A stretch of 55,188 nucleotides of DNA, taken from the NCBI GenBank assembly GCA_048213135.1, contig PS015178.1, positions 1 through 55,188 of the forward strand. The letters run 5' to 3'. The notes beneath the pieces were generated by a model that searched no databases, was not told where the DNA came from, and saw only the letters and a program-made list of their open reading frames with translations. Each line of letters starts with the position of its first letter. Within the stretch, counting starts at the first letter, position 1. This document shows positions 1 through 13,097 of this stretch, piece after piece. Origin of the DNA: Reclinomonas americana ATCC 50394. Taxonomy: Eukaryota. A program made the translations under genes and the position numbers.

Positions 1-1089
1 TACCGCCGCCAACCACATGCATGAACGAATCTGAAGCGCGCGCTCTCACCGAGATCCAACTCCCACAGATCGTCGTACCACACTTCAACAGCGTTGCCGC
101 CGTGCAGATACACCGCGTTGCCCATCTGTTGTGCGACCGCACACAAGGAGAGAGCGAGAGGGAAGGTGAGGAAGTGAGGTGAACGAAATGGCGGTCGCTC
201 TTCTCACGCACGCACACGCCCACATACGAGGTGCGAGTCGTGCTGTCAACAGAGAGAGGAAGGGAGAACGATCAAGAGAACAGAGAGCAGCAGGCATAAA
301 CACACGTGCGAGAGAGGCGATGAGAGCCAGTGCAAGTGGTGTCATCACCAAAGACAACCACACATCAACATCATCACGCACAATCACACGATGCANNNNN
401 NNNNNNNNNNNNNNNNNNNNNNNNNNNNNNNNNNNNNNNNNNNNNNNNNNNNNNNNNNNNNNNNNNNNNNNNNNNNNNNNNNNNNNNNNNNNNNNNNNNN
501 NNNNNNNNNNNNNNNNNNNNNNNNNNNNNNNNNNNNNNNNNNNNNNNNNNNNNNNNNNNNNNNNNNNNNNNNNNNNNNNNNNNNNNNNNNNNNNNNNNNN
601 NNNNNNNNNNNNNNNNNNNNNNNNNNNNNNNNNNNNNNNNNNNNNNNNNNNNNNNNNNNNNNNNNNNNNNNNNNNNNNNNNNNNNNNNNNNNNNNNNNNN
701 NNNNNNNNNNNNNNNNNNNNNNNNNNNNNNNNNNNNNNNNNNNNNNNNNNNNNNNNNNNNNNNNNNNNNNNNNNNNNNNNNNNNNNNNNNNNNNNNNNNN
801 NNNNNNNNNNNNNNNNNNNNNNNNNNNNNNNNNNNNNNNNNNNNNNNNNNNNNNNCACACACAGGCGCGCACGCATACACACACATAGAGCAACACACAG
901 AGGCACGGAGAGAGGGGATACCGTGTGCACAGAGCGTAACGGCCATGACACGCACTTTGACAACACGCACGCAAAGACACACAAGCACAGAACATCGCAC
1001 AGACAAGAATGCGCAACTGTGCAGACGCCCGCGGCCTGGCGCGGCTCAGGCGGCTCGCCATCAAAGTCGCGCGTCTCCCACTGCAACAT
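1..1089 (-). CDS. Kelch-repeat protein, 5' part (continues beyond the window start)
   Basis: Exon 1089-1018 (MLQWETRDFDGEPPEPRQAAGVCT) joins in phase 0 to exon 125-50 (MGNAVYLHGGNAVEVWYDDLWELDL). This gives the Kelch pattern G-x-P-P-x-P-R...hyd-GG...DLWxLD. The intron spans an N gap. Confidence 0.75.
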
Positions 1090-1136
1090 CGATTTTGTGA
1101 CAGTGAGTGGCAGGACAAAACAAATGCACTCTGGCG

Positions 1137-2419
1137 ATGAGTGAGCAACGCGCGGCCTTTGTGCGCGCGCTCTCGCGACATGTGCAACGTTGTCACGAGC
1201 ATCAACTGCAACAACAACAACAGCAGCAGCAGGCAGCACCACTGCAGCAACCACAACAAGAAGAGGAAAATGATGTGTGGTGGCGATCTCCCTGGCAACG
1301 TCTGCAGAGGTGTGTGTATGCATGCTCTCTCATTTCCACGTGGTCACTGACAGTGGAAAGTGGGGATAACCCCCCGCAGGTGGGCGCATTGGGTGTGGAC
1401 TGGTCGTGAGGATTCTCTGCCTGCAGCTGCATGGCCGTCCACAGTGACGACAACAGCAACGACGACTGCTGCAGTGGCTGTGTCGTCGACGCTGGAAGAC
1501 AAGGCGCGAGTGACACTCGAGTTGCGACGAGTGCTGCAGGGCATGGGCGGTGGCCGACTGGCGCGTCGTGTGCAGCTGCTCGAGTTGCAGCTGCTGTCGC
1601 AGGTGGCGCTGCAGTATGTGCCCGCGTTGCGGTTTGTTGAAGTCTCTGTGTGTGTGTGTGTGTGTGTGTGTGGCTGTCTGCGCAGACTAAAGACTGACGC
1701 GCTCCCGTGCAGGCCGCAAGTGGCGCGTCTGGTGCAACTCGTGGATTCCGCGTCGAGATCGCCAGCCGTGCCCGCAGCAGCAGCAGCAGCAGCAGCACTG
1801 CCGCCACCACGGCAGCAGCAGCAGCAGAAGCAGCATCGTCATGTTCCGCGACGGAGTTCCGAAAGTGCGCCGTCGCAGCTGTCGTTTGTGGTGTCGCCTC
1901 GAGCGCACATGGAGCAGCTGTTGTTCGGGCGCAGCGACACTCATGTGTCCGTGGAGAGCGCGGTGCCGGTGACTCCGACACTGGAGCGCAGTGGCGATGT
2001 GGGCGTTGGTGTGGGAGTGCGCGATTTGCGGACTGACGGTGTCGAGGGTCCAGCCGTGTTTATGCCATTGCCACTGTCGGCNNNNNNNNNNNNNNNNNNN
2101 NNNNNNNNNNNNNNNNNNNNNNNNNNNNNNNNNNNNNNNNNNNNNNNNNNNNNNNNNNNNNNNNNNNNNNNNNNNNNNNNNNNNNNNNNNNNNNNNNNNN
2201 NNNNNNNNNNNNNNNNNNNNNNNNNNNNNNNNNNNNNNNNNNNNNNNNNNNNNNNNNNNNNNNNNNNNNNNNNNNNNNNNNNNNNNNNNNNNNNNNNNNN
2301 NNNNNNNNNNNNNNNNNNNNNNNNNNNNNNNNNNNNNNNNNNNNNNNNNNNNNNNNNNNNNNNNNNNNNNNNNNNNNNNNNNNNNNNNNNNNNNNNNNNN
2401 NNNNNNNNNNNNNNCGAGA

Positions 2420-2467
<48 letters not shown>

Positions 2468-2694
2468 ATTGCCGACCCAGGTGCGACCAAAGAGTCCACT
2501 TTCGCCGCTGTCGGCGTGCAGCTTGCCGCGGACGGCGTCCTCGGTGTCGATGGGCTCGCCTGTCATGTGATTACTGAGTTGCCTGCGCTGTTCGTTCGGC
2601 GGTGTTTTCTTTGCATGCGCGGTACCGCGCACTCACACTCCCCGTAACACAGACCTGCTCTGACGGCCGAGCCGGTGGCCGCCAGTCGACGGCG

Positions 2695-2747
<53 letters not shown>

Positions 2748-5700
2748 CGAGCGTGAAGATTGTCGACATTGATGAGCTCCGACGTCACGCCCGTGCCCGT
2801 GTCGCTGCCACTCGCCGCCCGCCTGCAGCTCGCGGCATTGCCCCTCCGGCCACCTTGCCGACGTTGCCTGCCCCCTCAGCAGCAGCGACGGCAGCAGCAC
2901 CTTTGTCAACTCCACTGGCGCAGCCCGCGACCGAGGACACAGAGGACGACGAGGCAGCGGTGGGTGAGGCCTTGGATCCGGGAGCGCCGATTGTGCGTTG
3001 GCTGAGCGCGGGGCCTCTGGGACCGCCATCGTGGTCTCTCCGTGGTCTAGCTTCGTGGTTCCTCGGCTCACAGCTGCCTCGTGGTGGCACTCACCGGGCC
3101 ATTGGCTTGTTGGAGAACGACATTGCACGAGCGCGTGGGGAGGCTGGCAACAGCATTATCGATCAACAGGGGTTGCCTGTTGTTCCCGACGATGTGGGAC
3201 CTCTGCCCACCGACAATCCACTGGTCACCCGCACCACGCTGCACCACGGTACATTTGGGTACGGCCGATTCGAGCTGTTGGAGAGTGAGCAGCAGGCCGT
3301 CGAAGCGTTGGTGGGCGGTGGTGGCGGTCTGCAGCAGCTACTGCGTGGACCTGAGCAGGGTGTTGATGTGTTGCGGCGAGTGCTCGCACGTTCCACGGCA
3401 CCACTGCAGGTAAGCCACACTCACACAGCAAACATCTCGCAGCTGTGTCTCACAACCGCGCTGCAATCCAACAGCGATTGACGCGGCTTCTGAAAAGCGG
3501 ACAGCGATTAAAGTCGGACCGTCTCGTCGGCGCTGGCTCGCAACTGAGTGACGACGAAAACGACGGCGAAGTGCGCATGGCACAGCGCCTGGCGGACGAG
3601 TCGGTGGCGGAGACCGCGGAGTCGTCTGTGGCACTGCTGCCGCCCGAGCCGGTGGGTTCCAGTCTTGTCATGTCTACTCCGCGCTCTATCGCAGAGGTTC
3701 TACCTGCTGCGCTGGCGGCGAACAAGCGGTGAGCACACTGGCCTTGCGCGTGTTTTGTTTTCGTTGACTAAACGATTTTTTGAGCGACGATAGAGTTCTG
3801 GCTGAGAGTGCGTCGCCGCTGGTGCGAGCATATGAGCTGGATGGAGACGAGCCTGCGGTGGCACACCAGCGACAGAGAGTTGCAGCGGCTCGACACTCGT
3901 GGGTGGCAGTGGACGCGGTTCAAGACGCGCAGCGGGCGCTCCGAGAGACAGACGGCGCAATGGTGGAAACCAGTGACACGCCGCTGCCACATCGTGCGCT
4001 TGCGCAATGGGGTGACTCACAGCGGACATTGTGGGCACGGTTGCGCCGCACTGCTCTTGTGGAGACCGTGGAGGAGCTGGCAGCACAGAGTGCGATTGTG
4101 GTGTCGCCACAGCTTGCAGCAGTCGTGTCTCTGGCTCGCGTTGCGACAACGGCTGAAACCGATGTTGTTGTGCGTGCTGCGCCGTCGTCACAGACGTTTG
4201 AACGGGGTGACGTGCAACTGAGACACATGGCCGAATTCCTTGAGCAGCGTTCTGCAGCTCGAGGAGCGCAGGAGGGTGCGCTGCCTGTTGACGGCGATTT
4301 GCGTGCGCCCGGGAGTGGAGGACAGTTGTTCCGTGCTGCGCAGTTGGGTGTTCACGCGCGGGAGGAACCATCGTCGTTGTCGTCGTCGTCGGCAGGTGAT
4401 CGTCTTCTCGCGCGGCTGAACTGGGAGCAGGAGTTGGACCGCTTGGACGAGGCTTTCGACGCGCTCAATGCGGATGCACGACGAGCGCTGCTGACGCAGG
4501 CCGAGGGACTCGATGTGTCTGTTCGTGACCGACTTCGCCAGTACGCGCAGTTGCGAGGGTTTCGCGCCGAGGCCATGCGACGAGATCCGCGATTACGCGA
4601 CTGGCGCTCCTTGTCGCTGCAGCAGAAACAAAGCGTGGCGCAAGAGTACGCACGGGCGATGCGTCGAGTGCAAGCCGACGGCACTGTCGACGAGCAGGCG
4701 TACGAAGTCGATCTGGTGATGGGTTCCACGCGTCGCGCCCAGCAGGCGCAGGTGGCCGAATCGCTGCAGTTGCTGGCTGCACGGATGGAGGCCATGCTTG
4801 CGGCCACACAGCGTGCGCCCGCTGCCGCAGCAGCCGGAGCCGAGAGCGATGAAAGTGCAGAAGTGGAGCAGGAGGTGAGACGATTTCTCGTGGAGTCTGC
4901 GGCGCGCCGTGATCGCCTCCTTCGTGCCGGCGAGTGGGGAGCGCGAGAGGACGCTTCCGTGCGACGGCAGTTCATGCCACCTGGTGCCTCGTTTCAGCGC
5001 CCAGCACAGCCCAGTGGTCTTGTGGTGCCCGGCGTCGTCGATCAGCACAGCGTCACTGAGCAGCAGCGTCGTCGTGAGATGCGCGAGTATGCCGCTGCAG
5101 TGCTGACGGATCAAGACCTGGTCGCTGTGGCGCAACGCGTGACTCGCATTCAGCAACAGTATCTGGTGGGCGAAAGCTCCGCACGACTGACGGTGGAGCA
5201 GTACGAGCTCATGGAACGCGTGTACTGTCGCAAGGTCGCCGAGTTGCTGCAACGACTTGCTGCCGTCCACAATACTCTGCAACGAGTGCCGGTCGCGCAG
5301 CCAGTGCAGCAACTGCTGTTGCAAATGGTGCGCGAAGTGGGTCCCTACCCACAACAGCGGCAGTATCGCGTGGTGGAGAGCAGAGTGCAGCAGGCGCCGC
5401 TAGGTGAGCTCACAGGCAGCCCGGTGCAATGGGAAGAGTTGCGTGGCGCGGTTGCCAGGAGGTTGCGCGAGGCGGCCGATCGACCCGCCAGCGCGGGACC
5501 ACAGGTGAGAGCACTGTGTGTTGCTAGTTGTCTTGTGCAGCTCTTGCGACGCGAGGCGCTGAAGAAAATGCGTGCTTGTGATGATGCAGTGGTCGCTGGA
5601 GGAGTGGCTGTGGGTGGAGGGCATCGGTACATTCTTTCGTGCCCAGGCACATGCTGGAACGCCAGTGTTTCCCGACCAGGTGTGGCCCTCGGTGCCGCGG

Positions 5701-6483
5701 TTGCTGCAGCTGCTGCGCGTGCAACAGCAACTTTTGCGCTTGGATCATCCTGTATTCGTGCGCCCAACATCACCTGCCTCGGCGACAAGTGTCAGCAGTG
5801 TGTTGTGCGCGGACACGTGGCTGCTTCCCGAGTCTCTCCACACGTTTATGCCTCTACAGCAACTTGTGCCTCCACCACCGCGCGAGAAACCACCGCCACC
5901 GCCGCCGCCACCGCCACCGCCACCGGTACGATTTTTAGAGGTTGACTTTCCTGTTTTCGTTGTTTCTTGACTAATGCTTTACTGTTTATGTGGCAGCCAC
6001 CTCCACCACCACCGCCACCACCGCCACCGCCACCGCCTCCCCCCGCGCTTCCCCCACCACCACCGCCACCACCACCGCCGCCGCCGGTACGATTTCGCAG
6101 CACACTCTTAATGCAGCTCGCTTTCCCTCTGTTTCTGGAAACACTGACACGAATCCGCAGCCACCACCACCTCCTCCACCACCGCCACCACCACCGCCGC
6201 CACCACCACCGCCGCCACCACCACCACCACTTCCACCGCCACCGCCACCGCCGGTGAGTTGTTTCTGTTTCTATATATGTCGCGTCGGTCTTTCCATTCT
6301 GAGAGTGTTCGGAATATGAAAAATCTCTCCGTGCAGCCTCCGCCTCCGCCGCCAAGGCCCGTGACTCCGCGACTGGAGTATATTCCTGATCGTGCTGCAG
6401 AGGTCACCGATGCTGTGGAGTATGCGGAGCCGTTGTTGCGCGAACTCGATCATCGTGTGTTTGGCGATCGACCAGCAGCGTGA
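1137..6483 (+). CDS. Large spliced hypothetical protein with Gln/Ala-rich, coiled-coil and C-terminal polyproline regions
   Basis: Long coding-like segments (about 2675-3409, 3475-3728, 3793-5504) are linked by GT-AG introns. Poly-Pro exons lie at 5860-6360 and the stop is at 6481-6483. An N gap lies inside the model and exact exon boundaries are uncertain. No family recognised. Confidence 0.55.
2695..2747 (+). repeat. (CAG)n trinucleotide repeat encoding poly-Gln
   Basis: Directly visible CAG run within the reading frame. Confidence 0.9.
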
Positions 6484-7239
6484 CAATTCGAACTGGAGAG
6501 TGGGTTGGGTGGGATTGGTTGGAGAGAAAGCAGTCATGATGCGGTTTGGCTATCATGCGCTCACTCCACGCACGTTGCCACGGCTGCGAGCGAGAAGTGT
6601 GTTTGTTTGGGATGCAAGTCGAGGGTGTGAGAACGAGAGGGACTTCTCACGTTGACAATAAACTTTTCACCGAACAAGTTGGTGCCGTCCGCCGCCGCAC
6701 GAAACAGCAAGAAAGCCTCGTTGAAAGACCTCGCTGTAGTGAGCGTGTGAGGGCGAATGCGACAGGATTCGACGAATATATGGTTTAGACAACGACAGGA
6801 ACACATGCGCACAGCGGTCGCAAATTTTTGGGGACATCTTTCGCTATATTTGGATATCGCGGGATCGCATCGTTCACGGGGAGAGGAGACCGTTGAGGTG
6901 AATGTGCACACATGAGTGAAGTGTGGTGCTTGGGAGGGCCACGAGAGAGATCCTGCCTCTGTGCTCTTTTCCTTCTTGTTCAGTACCGTAAACTATCTTC
7001 GTGGAAACGCACTTTTTGCCGCACTTTTTGAGAAACGCATGCGCATCGCGCCGTGTTGTCAGTGCCCTTGCCGTCGCAGTCCCTCTCGCGCTCTGACACT
7101 CACATACACATGCACCCACATACACTCCCCCCCCTCCCTCTCTCTCTCCCCAGCGGACACGTCTCTTTGTCTGTATATTGAGCAGTGGTCGTCCATATAT
7201 CGCGCCCCCCCCCTCACTGATTTGTTTGCACAGACAACA

Positions 7240-9420
7240 ATGACAGCAGCTACCGCAGCCACTGTGCCGTTTATGATGCCTCGCACCGGCCGTCACTGGA
7301 GCGCAGCTGAGGACGACGAGATGGTGGCCCTTGTTTCGGTGAGTTTAACAACACGACTGCAATTGCGCAAAGATCTAGAGTTTTGTGAACACACACCAAC
7401 GCCTGCACAAGTAGTGCGCATCGCGAATCGCACATACACGCAGACATGCAGAGAGAGAGAGAGAGAGGCAGAGGTTGACGTACAGTTGAATATGACCTGC
7501 GAGTGTGGTGCGGTAGGAGCGTGCGGAGTGTCCTTCGCTGAGAAGACATGAACCATTTCGAGAAACAGGATCTGCGTGAATCTGGACGTCACTCACACGC
7601 ACTCTTCTGTGCATGCTACACCGCAGCGACTCGGCACAGACAGCTGGCAGCAAGTGGCGAAGCACATGAAGGGCGGACAGCGAACGGCTAAACAATGCCG
7701 AGAGAGGCGAGTATGTTTTGTACAAGTGTGTGTGTGCGTGTTCAGTCGAGAGACTGCATATTCCCTGTTTCATGATCAATTGCGAACGTGCAACTGCAGT
7801 TGGCGACTGAGTACGTGCGGGGTTGCTGATTATTGATGGGCACAATGCAGGTGGGCCAACCATCTCGATCCGCGAGTGATGCGAGGCGTGTGGACGGAGG
7901 CGGAAGACCGGCTGATCTTGCGCGGACAGGCCACTCTGCACAACCAGTGGGCGGCGATTGCCAGCCTCCTGCCAGGGCGCACAGCGAACAATGTGAAGAA
8001 CCGCTGGAACTCTGTGCTGCGCCAGTTGCGTGACGCATGAAAGCAGCTTGTGTACAAGCTGCATACTTATTTTGCAAATTGGTTATTTCTCTCTCACACG
8101 ACCTGCAGAGCGGCCGAGAGCGTACGCGGTTTCACATTGGGAGGAGGGAAAAAAGGCGACCAGCGAGTGGTGATTGTGGAGGGCGAGTTGGTGGACCTCA
8201 TGTTCGGCAAGATCGGAGCTGACGGACGCCGTCAGCAGCGTTGTCAGATGCGGATGCGTGATCGGCCGGTTGTCTGGCACCAGTGCACACCGGACCCCGA
8301 GAGTGGCACACTCAAGACGAAGAGTCAAGATGTCGTCGAAGACATTGGTGCCTCGATTACGTACGGTGAGCGGTGTGTCTGTCCTGTTTTCGAACTCTGT
8401 GCATTTTTTCACCATTGCCGTGCATTCGTGACAGAGACCGACCAGGACCGCAAGCTGCTGGATGAGATCATTGCCATGGTGCATAACCCTCAGCCAAAGC
8501 CAGAGCGTCGCAAGGCAATTGTCATTCACGATCAGTCAGCACTGCTGGCCAGTGGAGGCGGCCGCCTATCACGACGGCGTTCGAGCGATGTACACGTCAG
8601 TGCTGATCATGACCTCTCGATCCCGAACATGGACGACGCGCGCGCCAACGAGACTGACGCCATCGACGTTGACAGCGGCCGTGGCGTTCGTCGACAGTGC
8701 AGACGCAGCCGACCGCAGGAAGGCGAGGCGTCACCGACAACTCGTGGAGACGGAACTTTGATCGTTGATCGCGATATCGATACGGCCGCGGATATCGATG
8801 ATGACGACGATGAGCCGGCTCACAAGCGGCGACGATTGTCACCAGTGGCCTCTCCGCACTCCATAGACACTGACGTCGGAGCGATGGTCGTTTCGCCCGT
8901 GGCCAACGGACGCCACCTGCATGCGCAGCCGCTGCACGTTTCACTTGACGAGACAACAGCGCCGGCGAACTTGCAATTGACCACCGACGTCAACGACAGC
9001 GTGGAATCCATGGAGGACATGTACGCCGCCGTGTTTGCGCCACCATCGTTGACGTGTGTGCAAGAGGCGCGCGCTCTTGCCACTCATTTGCACCACCACC
9101 ACCACACTGGATCCGTTGCCGGGCAGCCTCCTCCTCCTCCACCTCCTGCTGTTGCTACGCCAGTTTCAGACATCGAAGACATGTTGGTGGCCAGCTGGTG
9201 GGCCACTGGCACTGACCAACAACAGCCTTCGACCAAACCGGGCGCTACAGTAGTGGTACTCGATGCCGACGTCCGCCCAGCGTCTCTCGACTATTTCGAC
9301 GTGGTCGACACTGACAGCGGAGCTGACAGCGTGTGGCATCTGTTGCGTCATTGCACCCCTCACAATGCGATCGCTTGCGCAGTGCATGATGACCTGATCA
9401 TCACTGCTCGTGCAGGTTGA
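7240..9420 (+). CDS. Two-repeat (R2R3-type) Myb transcription factor
   Basis: Spliced repeats WSAAEDDEMVALV|SRLGTDSWQQVAKHMKGGQRTAKQCRER|WANHLDP and WTEAEDRLIL...WAAIASLLPGRTANNVKNRWNS, followed by a low-complexity C-terminus. One GC-AG intron (7707-7850) and one GTTGCG intron (8025-8108). Confidence 0.9.
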
Positions 9421-9667
9421 CACTGGGCCGCAGTTCGCAGTGAATATCGATCGATCTGCAGCAGCCTCCAACCGTGGTTGCGAGCTTGTATTCTTTTTTT
9501 GCACTCCTTTTGTGTCATTACGCATGTTGTTTTTTCCTTGTTTGTTTCATCTGCTGCGCGCTCAAGTACGTGCGCCGTGTCCGTGTTCGTCAACTTCAAC
9601 CGAGTGAATCGTTAGCGTTCCTCAATTCACTGTACAACAACAACTTTGTCGCTTGCGCGCTAGATGT

Positions 9668-10978
9668 CTAGTCGTAGCCCTTGATGCCACCCTTGGCACG
9701 TGCGGCACGTGTACGCGCATGTCGCTCCTCATGGCCTTCGATTTGTGGAGCCAGACGGCCGGCCTGGTAGTCTTCCAGCGTCTGGATGATTTCCTCGCGT
9801 CTGCGCAGCACGATGCCACCGACGTGTTGTGAGTTGGATTATCAGGGCAGCACAACACAACCTCGCACACAACAAAAGACGCAACGTGTTCATCACAAAC
9901 GGCCCGTGCCACACCACTGGCTCGCGGAGCTTCTTGCCGGCGCACAGCAGGATGCGAGCCTCCTCCGTGGCATCCGCAGCATTCTCCACCAGTACCGAGT
10001 CCTCCGCCGTGTCATCCTCCGACTCCTCAAACTCCACACTGTTGTGCAAGTTCACGTCGGTCTTGCCATTCACCCGCACGTTACCGCGGAACACATAAAT
10101 GAGGCCGCCAGAGTCACGAGGCAACGGCTGCGTCAGCGACGCACCGGGCGCCAGTCGGATGTCCAGCACTGCCGAGGAGAAGAAGAGTTTAGAAAAGGTG
10201 AGACGAGTCACGCTTGATGGCACGGTGCACACTCGCACCTGTGATGGGCGTCTTGGTCTCGATCACGGCAGACGAGCCGAGGCACTCCCCAGTAATCACT
10301 CGCGCAATCACACCATCGGCCTCGGCCACCGGAATGCGCTCTGGCGGCACATCCTGGTACCGCGGCTCGCACATCTTTTCCTTGGCCGGCAGGTTGACCC
10401 ACAGCTGGAACCCTCTGCGCGCACGCATTAGCACGGCGAACGAAATACAAGAAAAACTGGCAACAAACGCAACTCCATGGTTCCGCCGTTCTCCATGAGG
10501 TCGTCGAGGGGCATCTCGCTGTGGATGACGCCGCGTCCGGCCGTCATCCACTGCACCCAACCGGCCGACAGCTCGCCGCTGTGACCGGCCGAGTCGCGAT
10601 GCTGCATGCCACCCTGCAGCATAATCGACACTGTCTCCTGCCCGCGATGCGGGTGATCGGGCGCGCCCACGGCCTCACCGGGGCCATATGTCACCGGACC
10701 GAGATGACTGTGAATGCGAGTGAGAACCTACATAGCACAGCAAGGCATCGTCATCATGAGAGGATGACGCAACTCGAGCATCAAGAAGGGATCTGCGCGC
10801 ACACACACACACGGAGAGAGATGAGCGCGCGCGTCGGAGATAGAGAGGCAGGGGGTGGTGGCTCACCAGTGCGCGTGTATGACGAGTTGCGCCCGCCCAT
10901 TGGACGACGCACCAAGAATCCGCCTCCCTCGCGCATCTGAGGTGCCAGCTGGGGGCGAGAAATGCGACGCAGAGCCAT
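9668..10978 (-). CDS. PIR: Pirin family cupin protein
   Basis: Spliced motifs [43 protein letters not shown] and [13 protein letters not shown]; 5 introns. Confidence 0.93.
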
Positions 10979-11094
10979 GGACGCCGTGGTTGTCTTCTGT
11001 TTAAAGAGAGAGAAAAAGAAAGGTGATTGCCTGCTCTCGTGGAGAACAACAGAGCGAGTGGTGATGCCGGCCGGAGTGAGTGTGACCGAAACGC

Positions 11095-11457
11095 TTAAAT
11101 GTCCCTTTGTGGGGTCCGACAGAAAGAAAGACACAACGAGCATCCGTCGTTTGTTTCCGACCCTCGCTTTCTCTCACTCCTCCCACCGTTCACCCGCTCA
11201 CTCGCCTTGTCACTGCCTCCCTCTTGCGCTTGTTGTTGCACAGACAACTCCGATGGGATTGTGATTTCTTCTTCTCGCTCTTGCACTTCTTGTGACTGCT
11301 GCAGCACTGCTTGTGTCGATGCTGCGCTGGGTGGTGGCGATGATGCAGGTGTGCTCGAGTTGAACCAGATGAGCAGGGTGGTGAAGAGGATGCTGGCGAT
11401 GAGGACGAGCAGCAGTCGTTGTCGTGACGGAGCGAGTGGTGATCGTGTGTCGCGCAT
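11095..11457 (-). CDS. Small single-pass membrane hypothetical protein
   Basis: ORF MRDTRSPLAPSRQRLLLVLIASILFTTLLIWFNSS... has a basic N-terminus followed by one hydrophobic segment. No family recognised. Confidence 0.4.
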   Translation of the reverse strand: MRDTRSPLAPSRQRLLLVLIASILFTTLLIWFNSSTPASSPPPSAASTQAVLQQSQEVQEREEEITIPSELSVQQQAQEGGSDKASERVNGGRSERKRGSETNDGCSLCLSFCRTPQRDI

Positions 11458-11603
11458 GCCTCTCTCTCTACAGACGCAGACAGTCGATGCGTCCCCAACA
11501 CAAACAACGACGGAGGATGGAACACCGATCGATGTGCTTCGTTTTTGTTGTTTTTCACTCTCTCGAGTCATGCATGCACTGTGTCGGCGAGCACATTGCT
11601 CAC

Positions 11604-12820
11604 TCATGCGCGGTACAGCCTGATCGGGAAGTTTTCCGTGATTTGATAGCCTGGCGCACCATAGTCAGCGTGTCAGCATGGAAGTAAAGGCAAGCAGCAC
11701 AAACCATCCTCCAGCAACACCACAAGGTTGACCTCGAACTCGACGCGGAACTGCTCCGAGATCAGCGTCGGGCATGTGAACAGGCGCGGGAAGATCATGT
11801 GAATGGGTATGGAGAAGTCGCGGCACACGTCGCCGTCGGCAATCTGAATGTTCTGAATCTCGGTGGCTGCTCGACGACGAGAGTGAGAAACAAATGCGCA
11901 CTCCGTCGCCATCACACAGCTCACCTTCTTTTGCGGTGCCGTCCTCCTGACTCTTGATGGTCTCCACACGCACCAGCTGCACCTCGATGCTCTTAATGAG
12001 GCTCTCCGACTTGCGCACGGTGACGAGGCCGGTGAAGGGTCGCGTGATCTCACACAGCACCGAATCAATGTAGCCGTCGACGGCAAAGTCGGGAATGCGC
12101 GACAGCGAGCTCTTCTTCACATTGCGCAGCGACTCGGGCACAATGCTGAAATCCACTCGCCGCTCCTCCTGCTTGTGCGACCGCAGATGCACCACAAACT
12201 CGGTGCTGCGCTTGACATTGCGCTGCATGAAGCCGCGTTGCATCTCCACCGAGATCACATATCGCACATTGACAAACACGCCGTGATATGTCTCAAACAG
12301 CTCCCTGCCCGCATCCGCCGGCTGCACCAACTCAAACTCAAAGGGCACCTGTGCGGCACCCAGGAGGTGAGCAAGACAAGTGTGAAGCTGCTGCGCGTGC
12401 GTGCGTGCTTGCGGACCTCCCACACGCCCTTTTCGAACTTTCCCGGCGGCACCACCTCGAACTGCACCGAGAACAGCTCCAGCGGCTTCACATTGTTGTA
12501 AAACGCCTCAAAGAGGCCCACAGACTTGGCACTGAGGTCGAGCTTGACACCGCCCTCCGCCGACAATGTGACACCCTGATGCTTCAGCGATGAATCCGTC
12601 GAAATCACCTAAAGGCGGAGGCGGAGGCGGAGAAGAGTGAGTGGTGAGTGAGAGGTTAGTCTTTTCCACAGTGCACGCACCACAAAGCCCGACACCGTGT
12701 CCTGCATCGCGCGTGTGTGAGAATGAGTGAGATTGGCGAGAGGGAGTGACAGCATTCACACGCAACTCCTGGTCGGTATGTGCGATCGGCCTTGCGCAGC
12801 TTGATCTCCACCTCCTTCAT
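11604..12820 (-). CDS. VPS26C: Retriever complex subunit VPS26C (DSCR3)
   Basis: Motifs LSAKSVGLFEAFYNNVKP, LFETYHGVFVNVRY, IKSIEVQLVRVET, ATEIQNIQIADGDVCR, IPIHMIFPRLFTCPT and ITENFPIRLYR. Confidence 0.95.
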
Positions 12821-13040
12821 CTGCTGCACACAACAAGACAGAGAGAGAGAGAGAACGTGAGAGAGAGGGCGTCATGGCGCGGAACATCCGCACACACAGA
12901 GTCACAGACACACACACGCCTCGACACTAAGCGCACTCACATGCCACTACAAAACACACACACACACGGAACACAAGCAGCGCGCCCTCACCTTCTTTTC
13001 TTATCTGTGTGTGTGCTATTATTGTCCGCGGACAGTTCAT

Positions 13041-13090
13041 CCGCGCGCGAGCGGTATTGGCACTGGCGGGAAATGCCTGCACAACGGTCA
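13041..13090 (+). promoter_or_regulatory. Candidate cell-cycle promoter module: CCGCGCGCGA, reverse CCAAT, E2F-like GGCGGGAAA, MSA-like CACAACGGTCA
   Basis: The motifs lie immediately upstream of the MIS12 ATG. Three of them recur in the same order at 23671-23701. Confidence 0.55.
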
Positions 13091-13097
13091 TCATAAT

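Noticed and set aside
85-2647. Long ORFs running through N gaps (also at 33656-35187, 44013-45011 and 47041-49135)
   Set aside because: They are open only because Ns contain no stop codons.
10700-10775. Reading the shifted donors as non-canonical TT-starting introns (AG|TTGCG)
   Set aside because: This would need non-AG acceptors and would change the conserved pirin LDH to LEH. GT-AG boundaries fit.
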